A stretch of DNA of 64,000 nt, from assembly GCA_037131755.1 (NCBI GenBank), contig JBAXQJ010000004.1, forward strand, positions 1,094-65,093, read 5' to 3'. The stretch comes from a bacterium. GTDB taxonomy: Bacteria > Patescibacteriota > Minisyncoccia > Phycocordibacterales > GWA1-40-21. Positions 59,454 to 64,000 of the stretch are shown here, piece by piece. The translations under genes were made by a program, and so were the position numbers. Every line of letters starts with the position of its first letter. Within the stretch, counting starts at the first letter, position 1. The notes under the pieces are model-generated. The model ran no database searches, was not told the DNA's origin, and saw only the letters and a list, made by a program, of their open reading frames with translations.

Positions 59454-59623
59454 AGCGAGTATTTGGGTTTTTGCGAGTTAGCGTAGTGATAGTTAAAAAT
59501 CAAGATAATTTTTAGAAAAATTCATCTGTCTGACGAGTCTGCGAGGAGTTATGAATTTTTTGTAAAGAAAATTATCTATGATTTTTCTATCACGAAGCGC
59601 TTTAGCAAAAACCCAAATACGAG
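59454..59623. repeat. MITE/ERIC-like repeat, diverged copy 3, bounded by 17-bp terminal inverted repeats
   Basis: cgagtatttgggttttt ... aaaaacccaaatacgag flank a core related to copies 1 and 2 (ttgcgagttagcg..., tttttagaaaaat, ctgacgag). A further partial copy (gcgtgttaacggagccggcttagaaaattaaag) lies at 59377-59409. Confidence 0.55.
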
Positions 59624-60838
59624 CTATATCTTATCCATCACCGAATAAATCGGCGAGATCATTGAGATAGCAAAGAAACCAACAGCCGCACCGATTAGTA
59701 CCATGAGAACCGGTTCGATGATTGTCGACATATCTTTAGTCCGCTGATCGACATCGGCCTCATAGAAAATCGCTACCTCTGACAGCATGCTTGCCATTTT
59801 ACCGGTTTCCTCACCAACGCTCATCATTTCGCCGACAAACGGCGGATAGAGATCCGGACTCTTCATAAAAATCGTCGAGATATTCTCGCCTTTTTCCACA
59901 ACCGATTTCGCTTCAATCAAGACTTTCTTGTAATAATAATTACCCATCACTTCGGCCGTGATCTCAATTGCCTGGGCAAAAGGCACTCCAGCCTCGAGCA
60001 AGGAAGACAAGGTTCGGGCGACGCGCGCCGTATTGGTTTCGCGCACCAGTTCTCCAATCAAAGGAGCCTTGATTGCGATAAGATTCATCGTCCGACTGCC
60101 TTGAGGAGTCTTTGCCCAGACATAAATTACAGAAATGGTCGTCAACAAAATAATGATCGCATACAGCCAATGGGCCGACAAAAAGTCGCTCAGCATGATG
60201 ATAAATTGCGTACTGGCCGGCAAATCCGTACCGGCATCCCGGAAAGTACCAACGAGACCGGGTACAACGTAAATAAACATGAGGACTCCGACGACAAGCA
60301 TCACGGAAATTATGACGGCCGGATAGATCATCGCCCCTTTCACTTTCTTTTGGATTTTATAGGTCTTGTCCATTTGTTCGGCGATATTATTCAAAGACTT
60401 GGACAAGCTGCCCCCCTCCTCTCCCGCTCGGACCATCGAGACAAACAGTCCGGAAAATACTGAGGGTTGAGTCTTCATCGCTTCGCTGAAAGTTTTTCCC
60501 TTCTTTATTTCCAGGTTCAGGGCGGCCATCACCTTGGAAAATCTCGCGTTTTTTATCTGGCGCTCCAACACCGACAAAGCCCGAGTGAGGGACAGTCCGG
60601 CATCGAGCATCAAGCCGAGGTTTTTGGCAAAGGCGATTTTCTGGGCGACAGAAACCCTGCCAATGATGGAATTGACAATAGACATGAGATCAAAACTGTT
60701 CTTCTTGACCTCCTCGGCCGAAATAAGCATCGCTTCTTCGGACTTGATGTCGTTGTACAAGTCCAAACGGTTTTGGGCTTCTTTGATTCCCTCAACCCTT
60801 TCCCCGTTATTTTTTATCGCCTTATACTTGAATTTCAT
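59624..60838 (-). CDS. pilC: type IV pilus assembly platform protein PilC (GspF family)
   Basis: 404 aa; two GspF repeats; 3 TM segments. Confidence 0.8.
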   Translation of the reverse strand: MKFKYKAIKNNGERVEGIKEAQNRLDLYNDIKSEEAMLISAEEVKKNSFDLMSIVNSIIGRVSVAQKIAFAKNLGLMLDAGLSLTRALSVLERQIKNARFSKVMAALNLEIKKGKTFSEAMKTQPSVFSGLFVSMVRAGEEGGSLSKSLNNIAEQMDKTYKIQKKVKGAMIYPAVIISVMLVVGVLMFIYVVPGLVGTFRDAGTDLPASTQFIIMLSDFLSAHWLYAIIILLTTISVIYVWAKTPQGSRTMNLIAIKAPLIGELVRETNTARVARTLSSLLEAGVPFAQAIEITAEVMGNYYYKKVLIEAKSVVEKGENISTIFMKSPDLYPPFVGEMMSVGEETGKMASMLSEVAIFYEADVDQRTKDMSTIIEPVLMVLIGAAVGFFAISMISPIYSVMDKI

Positions 60839-60845
60839 ATGACTT

Positions 60846-62600
60846 TTATTCGGTTATGACGCGCATCACTTCTTCGATCGTTGTGAGGCCTTGGGCCGCT
60901 TTGAAAATTCCATCTTCAAACATCGTCATCATCCCTTCTTTCTTGGCCTGTTCAGCAATGACGCCGTCTGGCTCGCCCTTCAAGACCAGCTCTTTGATCG
61001 TCGAGCTCATTTTCAAGACTTCATTGATACAAATTCGGCCGCTAAAACCGTCCTTGGATTCAGGATTTTCTTTTGGTTTATAGAAAGGAATTTTGTCCCA
61101 CGTCGCATCCTTGAAAATATTTTCCTGCTTCAGCGCCAGCAGAATTTTATCCAGGTCGACAGTCTTGCCCAGAGCCTCTATTTCCGTTTTGGACAGGTAA
61201 TACTTTTCCTTGATATTGCATAACTTGCGGATAAGTCGCTGACCGATCACCACGTTCACCGTTGAGACGATCAGGAAAGGTTCGATCTTCATATCAATGA
61301 GTCGAGGCATCGCGCCGGCGGCCGAGTTGGTGTGCAAAGTAGAAAGCACCAAGTGACCAGTGAGCGAAGCGTTGACAGCGAGGGAAGCCGTCTCCGTGTC
61401 GCGGATTTCTCCCACCATCACAATGTCGGGGTCTTGTCGCACTAGCGAGCGGAGGCCATTGGCAAAAGTAAAACCGATTTCCGGCTTGACTTGGGTTTGG
61501 TTGACCCGGTTCATCTGGTATTCGATCGGGTCCTCAATCGTGGAAATATTCACGTTGGGCGTATTTAAAATATCGAGCAAGGTATAAAGAGTGGTGGTTT
61601 TACCGGAACCGGTCGGACCGGTAGTCAGGATCATGCCGGTCGTCTGTTTGATCGCTTCGTGCAGTTTCTCCAAGCCTTCCCCGTGGAAACCCATCGCTTC
61701 CAAAGTAAAACCGGAGACGCTTTCGCGCAAGAGACGCATGACGGCCTTCTCACCAAAATAAGTCGGCAGCAAAGACACGCGGAAAGAAACTTTTTCGTCA
61801 TTGACTTCCATTTTGAAGCGGCCGTCTTGCGGCAAACGCTTTTCATCCAACTTTAAATTCGCCAAGACTTTGATGCGGGCAATGACGCTGGTCGCAATAT
61901 CCTTGGGCAGCACCATCGCGTCATGTAAGATGCCGTCGATTCGATAACGGACCAACAATTGATTCTCCAGCACTTCCACGTGAATATCGGAAGCATTTTG
62001 CGTGATGGCGTGCTTGAGCAAGGTCTCCAAAATACGCACCACCGGCAAATCTTCAGCCATTTTTTTCAAATCCGCTTCGCTGTTGTCGCTGTTTTTGCCA
62101 CTCATCATTACCTTGAGGGCATTGGCGTCTTTTTGAATAATATCGCCAAATTCCGCCCGAAGGCTTTTTTGATACTGCAAAAGAACGGCCTTGATCGAGT
62201 CGCTGTCGGTAAGGCGCGAGACAATGCGCAGACCGACTTTCTTCTTAATAAAATCAATCGCCGTCAGATCTTTTGGATCAAGCAGCGCCACCTCGAGCGC
62301 ATCATCGGTCTTTTTAAAGGCGACAATGTTATTTTTTCGGGCAATCGGCTCGGGAATCAGAGACAGGACATTCGGATCGACTTTCTGGGTTTTCAAGCTG
62401 ACAAAAGGAATTCCGAAGACGTACGCCTCGGCACGACGGAAATCGTTTTCACTTATTTTACCTAGATTGATCAAGATGTGACCTGGACTTTGTTTGTCTT
62501 TGCTTTTCGCCGACTCGGCTTCGGCTTCATCATAATCGACTTCGGTGACCAGACCGGAATCGATCAAAAATTCTTTTAGTTGTTTGTCTTGGGTGGACAT
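60846..62600 (-). CDS. pilB: type IV pilus assembly ATPase PilB (GspE family)
   Basis: 584 aa; Walker A GPTGSGKTTTLY; Asp box; His box; N-terminal GSPII-like domain. Confidence 0.85.
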   Translation of the reverse strand: MSTQDKQLKEFLIDSGLVTEVDYDEAEAESAKSKDKQSPGHILINLGKISENDFRRAEAYVFGIPFVSLKTQKVDPNVLSLIPEPIARKNNIVAFKKTDDALEVALLDPKDLTAIDFIKKKVGLRIVSRLTDSDSIKAVLLQYQKSLRAEFGDIIQKDANALKVMMSGKNSDNSEADLKKMAEDLPVVRILETLLKHAITQNASDIHVEVLENQLLVRYRIDGILHDAMVLPKDIATSVIARIKVLANLKLDEKRLPQDGRFKMEVNDEKVSFRVSLLPTYFGEKAVMRLLRESVSGFTLEAMGFHGEGLEKLHEAIKQTTGMILTTGPTGSGKTTTLYTLLDILNTPNVNISTIEDPIEYQMNRVNQTQVKPEIGFTFANGLRSLVRQDPDIVMVGEIRDTETASLAVNASLTGHLVLSTLHTNSAAGAMPRLIDMKIEPFLIVSTVNVVIGQRLIRKLCNIKEKYYLSKTEIEALGKTVDLDKILLALKQENIFKDATWDKIPFYKPKENPESKDGFSGRICINEVLKMSSTIKELVLKGEPDGVIAEQAKKEGMMTMFEDGIFKAAQGLTTIEEVMRVITE

Positions 62601-62700
62601 ATGGAAATATCAAAAAAAATTAAATATCAAAATGTAAAGATGAAAAACAAAATTACTAACAATATTATATCGCAGAAAGACACTAGCGCCAAGTACAGAA

Positions 62701-62737
62701 AGCCGGCGGTTTGTTCTGAACAAACCGCCGGCTTTAT
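62701..62737. other. 17-bp perfect stem hairpin downstream of the FN3 gene (possible terminator)
   Basis: aaagccggcggtttgtt-ctg-aacaaaccgccggcttt. Confidence 0.4.
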
Positions 62738-62750
62738 TAATTCTTTTCTT

Positions 62751-62788
62751 CTGTCTACTTTATCTACTAACTACTGCCACAATCTACG
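62751..62788 (-). promoter_or_regulatory. GTAGATTGTAG-family motif upstream of pilB
   Basis: Minus-strand reading cgtagattgtggcagtagttagtagataaagtagacag; the TAACTAC...AATCTAC architecture is shared with 37014-37049. Confidence 0.35.
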
Positions 62789-62790
62789 TA

Positions 62791-63999
62791 TTACTGCTCC
62801 TGGATTCCCCCCGAATAAATGACGGTGGATGAAGTAGCGGTACAGTTGGCGGTGTATTGCGAATTGTATACCGACAGACCGAGAGTCTTCAAACCCAAGG
62901 TTGTAAATATCTTATTCAATGGATTCGTATTGATTCCGTAAATATAGCTAATGTTACCAGTCAGCGAGTCAGTCACCGTCCATTTTTTCGCATAAGTGCT
63001 CAAGTTGGTTGCTGGTGAAGTAGTAGCGGTCCATTGCGTACTGCTATTTACGTAGCTTCTGACTGGAGGAATGATTTTACAAGTAAACGGAGTTGAACAG
63101 GTGGTACTGTTGGACAGTTTGATTGAGGCTGACTCTCTTGATGAAACTATGCCGTCCGAACTTGTAGCTGTTAGCCTGTATTTATACCATTTATTGAGAG
63201 GTAAACCGGTATCGATCCAAGCACCATCATTGTCTGGGTTCACCTGAACCCAACTATTCCAACTTGGACAATTTGCATCTCCATCGGAAACGTTCTGTAT
63301 GCACTGCGCTCTATCTAATCGATACGTCTGGCTATCATATGTCCACGACAGGTCTATACGACCCCCACAGAGAGCCGTAGCGGATATGCTGGTGACGGGT
63401 GCGGGGCAGGATCCTGAGGAAGTTATATTCATTGGCGTTGTTGTCGAAAAGACTGACGACAAGGCTCCATCGACATTCTGGGATTTCATCTTGTAGCCAT
63501 GGCTGGATGCGACTGCTGACACGATAGTTACATAAGTAGAACTGGTTGAAGCGACTTCCGTCGTACCATTGCTTTCATAAATCCTGTACTTAACTGCTCC
63601 AGGAACCGCATCCCAATACAATGATGTCTTTCCTCCACAATATCCAGGTTGACCACTCATATAGACACCCCCAGAACTGCCCCCACCAGTATATATTATA
63701 ACCGGGGTCGGTGGAGCAACTATTGGGGCACAATCAGCAGAAGATGTAACGGCTACAGGACTCGAGGTGGCGGAGCTACCATAGTCACTAACTCCTTTGA
63801 TTGAATATTGATAATTAGTACTGGTGGCTAAACCTATGTCAGTAAAAGATAAGCTAGTCGTTGATGTTAACAAGACATTATTTCGATAAAGATTATAACT
63901 TGTAGCGTCTGTGGCATTATTCCAGGATAAATTAACTTTTCCGCCACAAGCACCAGTTATAGCGGTAAGAACAGGGACAGCCGGAATAGGGCGAGCCAC
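62791..63999 (-). CDS. fibronectin type III repeat-containing surface protein (partial; N-terminus beyond window end)
   Basis: Repeated CGGK(V/T)(N/S)L(S/Y)W...Y(N/R)(L/I)YR FN3-like units; Ser/Thr-rich. Confidence 0.55.
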   Translation of the reverse strand: MARPIPAVPVLTAITGACGGKVNLSWNNATDATSYNLYRNNVLLTSTTSLSFTDIGLATSTNYQYSIKGVSDYGSSATSSPVAVTSSADCAPIVAPPTPVIIYTGGGSSGGVYMSGQPGYCGGKTSLYWDAVPGAVKYRIYESNGTTEVASTSSTYVTIVSAVASSHGYKMKSQNVDGALSSVFSTTTPMNITSSGSCPAPVTSISATALCGGRIDLSWTYDSQTYRLDRAQCIQNVSDGDANCPSWNSWVQVNPDNDGAWIDTGLPLNKWYKYRLTATSSDGIVSSRESASIKLSNSTTCSTPFTCKIIPPVRSYVNSSTQWTATTSPATNLSTYAKKWTVTDSLTGNISYIYGINTNPLNKIFTTLGLKTLGLSVYNSQYTANCTATSSTVIYSGGIQEQ

Positions 64000-64000
64000 C

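Overview
This 64-kb window looks like a small, streamlined bacterial genome, plausibly Patescibacteria/CPR-like. That lineage guess is inference from gene content only: split ComEC, RNase J, a minimal type IV pilus set, a DGR, and reduced ribosomal operons. Most genes are on the minus strand.

Left end (1-8.7 kb), an accessory island next to tRNA-Ser(GCU): a partial DUF45 metallohydrolase, Type I R-M HsdR, an unusual HTH-HsdM-half-HsdS fusion, a large serine recombinase and a 450-aa protein with a C-terminal HEPN-like Rx4H motif. A duplicated tRNA-Ser 5'-half fragment follows the intact tRNA.

Core genes: a ferric-reductase/NOX-like flavocytochrome plus cytochrome b5 pair, MgtC, recG, tRNA-Ile(UAU), ftsH, smpB plus a putative tmRNA, infC-rpmI-rplT, RNase J, three tandem secreted paralogs, ndk, a VirB4/TraC-like ATPase, map, adk, the str operon (rpsL-rpsG-fusA-tuf), the S10/spc block (rpsJ to rplE, which terminates early), M50 protease, rpmB, split ComEC pieces, RNase HI with a hybrid-binding domain, recJ, a HIT protein, tpiA, and a type IV pilus cluster (pilB, pilC, pilin-like genes) ending in a partial FN3-repeat protein.

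Strongest finding: a complete diversity-generating retroelement at about 28.6-31.3 kb. It has an RT with the LGxxxSQ signature, a 122-bp TR/VR pair with 13/13 adenine-specific substitutions at the 3' end of a 222-aa target gene, and a divergently oriented Avd-like ORF. A 14-nt poly-C tract breaks the Avd reading frame 22 nt upstream of the RT start, which could be a phase-variable switch.

Three small repeat families are also present:
- a 25-27-bp palindromic element with one copy inserted in-frame inside recG;
- a ~135-180-bp MITE/ERIC-like intergenic repeat with terminal inverted repeats (3 copies);
- a GTAGATTGTAG promoter-proximal motif at four sites.

Other oddities include a 410-bp noncoding insertion with a strong bidirectional terminator between rplB and rpsS.
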